Assembly (NCBI GenBank): GCA_964569655.1 | Contig: CAZMTN010000002.1 | Coordinates: forward strand, 70,197-134,196 | Direction: 5' to 3' | Source of the DNA: an uncultured Candidatus Saccharibacteria bacterium | Lineage (GTDB): Bacteria > Patescibacteriota > Minisyncoccia > Phycocordibacterales > Phycocordibacteraceae | Length of the DNA: 64,000 nucleotides | In this document: positions 62,978 through 64,000 of the stretch, in pieces | Position numbering within the stretch: the stretch's first letter is position 1 | Layout: each line of letters opens with the position of its first letter | Notes under the pieces: generated by a model | What the model saw: the letters and a program-made list of their open reading frames with translations, nothing else | Databases searched by the model: none | Told to the model about the DNA's origin: nothing | Program-made: the position numbers and the translations under genes

Positions 62978-63757
62978 ATGGACTTCACCAATCAACGCAC
63001 TCGCATTATTATCGCCGCCGCGGGAGTAGTAGTGCTCGCGCTTATCGCCGTAGCCGCATGGCTCTATCAGAGCCGAGGCTATATCTTCATGCAGCCGGAG
63101 CAGCAGGTAGCGATCGGGGAGCCGGTAGACATCGTGCTCGATTTCTATACTCCATGGCTCGCCGCCGTGCAGTCGACTACCACTGACCCCTTCAAGGAAG
63201 GCCTTGCGAAGTCCCCGATCCTGAGCTTCGAGCTCAGCAAGAAAATCAGGAGCGTGAAGTTCGATCCCGCAACGAGGACGGATGCCGTGCTCTGCCAGGC
63301 AAGCGTCCCGACGCAGATCACTGCGCGCCCCGTATTCCAGGACGAAGAAAACGCGCAGGTGCTTGTCGTCTCAAGGGACAAGAACGTCACCGAACAGGCC
63401 GTCATCACGCTGACCCGCTACAACGACGGATGGTACCTGAGCGATATCCAGTGCTCCCCGGGAGAGTTCGCTCCGGAGCGCGAGTTCAGCTTCGATATGG
63501 AGGGCTTCCTCCTGAAGAGCGTCCAGGCCCCGCTTAAGACCGGCACCTGGCACCTCGTATTCGAGCAGAACGGTCAGCCGGGCCACGTGGTGCCACTCTT
63601 CTTCAACGCGGAGAGCATCTGCCAGGATTTCGACGGCAGCACCGCTGCGTGCGATAGCTCCACGTTCATCGAGCCGTCCAAGGCGCGCGTGCAGGGAGAG
63701 ATGTCTGAGACCGGCGTCACGGTGAAGCGTCTCCAGCACATCGAATGGGAGCCGTAA
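62978..63757 (+). CDS. Hypothetical membrane-anchored protein (259 aa)
   Basis: Transmembrane helix IIIAAAGVVVLALIAVAAWLY; terminator downstream. Confidence 0.5.
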   Translation: MDFTNQRTRIIIAAAGVVVLALIAVAAWLYQSRGYIFMQPEQQVAIGEPVDIVLDFYTPWLAAVQSTTTDPFKEGLAKSPILSFELSKKIRSVKFDPATRTDAVLCQASVPTQITARPVFQDEENAQVLVVSRDKNVTEQAVITLTRYNDGWYLSDIQCSPGEFAPEREFSFDMEGFLLKSVQAPLKTGTWHLVFEQNGQPGHVVPLFFNAESICQDFDGSTAACDSSTFIEPSKARVQGEMSETGVTVKRLQHIEWEP

Positions 63758-63765
63758 TCGGACCC

Positions 63766-63800
63766 GTTTGAATGAAAAAGAGGCGGCCTTTTGAGGGGCC
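63766..63800. terminator. Bidirectional intrinsic terminator
   Basis: AAAAAGAGGCGGCC-TTTTGAG-GGGCCGCCTTTTCATTTT. Confidence 0.5.
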
Positions 63801-64000
63801 GCCTTTTCATTTTCCTGTCTCTGCTCTGATACGCGCGTAAAGTGCGATCGCTTCCTGGTCATCCTCAAGCATCATTCGCGCGTCCTTGAGGTTGGTGCTT
63901 AGCGCCGCATGCTTGTATCCGAAGAACAGCGCCGCATCCTTGTCCTTCATGTGGAGCTCGGAAATGAACAGGTGCATAAGCAGGCTGCGGATATCCCTGA
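63797..64000 (-). CDS. Hypothetical protein, 3' end only; the start lies beyond the window
   Basis: Open frame on the minus strand ending ...ALYARIRAETGK-stop; balanced composition. Confidence 0.3.

Noticed and set aside
1-64000. CRISPR arrays, rRNA, tRNA, tmRNA, RNase P RNA
   Set aside because: No regularly spaced direct repeats with unique spacers and no recognisable structured-RNA signatures were found by eye. A covariance-model scan (Infernal/Rfam, tRNAscan) would be needed to be sure.

Overview
This is a high-GC (roughly 65%, by eye) bacterial chromosomal segment, with one side per gene called below. Its architecture looks like a small-genome, possibly episymbiotic Candidate Phyla Radiation / Patescibacteria-like organism; that is an inference from gene content, not a computed result. 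It carries the replication-origin neighbourhood (rpmH-rnpA-yidC on the minus strand facing dnaA-dnaN-DciA-like on the plus strand, with DnaA-box-like 9-mers and an AT-rich stretch between dnaA and dnaN). Housekeeping genes are scattered through it: RarA fragment, HU, RNase Y, ClpP, Ppa, NusA, pyrE-like/pyrF, SuhB-like, TpiA, Pgk, RecJ, RNase H, SodA, L28, PcrA/UvrD, RsmA, PBP1A, RuvC, YebC. Two surface-machinery clusters stand out. One is a type IV pilus module (PilB, PilC, two prepilins and a PilX-like large minor pilin). The other is a T4SS-like module (VirB4-like ATPase preceded by an in-frame-split N-terminal ORF, TrbL/VirB6-like, PrgI/VirB3-like and VirB2-like proteins, several secreted or membrane hypotheticals). 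Three stretches look lower in GC than the rest. The first (about 3.5-6.5 kb) holds an orphan three-gene operon encoding a GHKL-fold ATPase, driven by a perfect sigma70-consensus promoter, plus an FtsK-gamma-like basic DNA-binding protein. The second (about 23.1-24.9 kb) has a TrmB-family regulator and a hypothetical. The third (about 32.2-34.9 kb) is cassette-like, with a ~28-nt repeat present three times, a tRNA T-loop-like boundary motif, a methyltransferase and hypotheticals. A DNA-uptake/processing neighbourhood (HIT, RecJ, RNase H, split ComEC with sodA wedged between the channel and the metallo-beta-lactamase parts) is also present. No rRNA, tRNA or CRISPR array was recognised. TGA is used as a stop (pcrA/rsmA ATGA overlap), so the standard bacterial code applies. 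The supplied ORF track accepts alternative start codons, and many long opposite-strand ORFs are high-GC artefacts.
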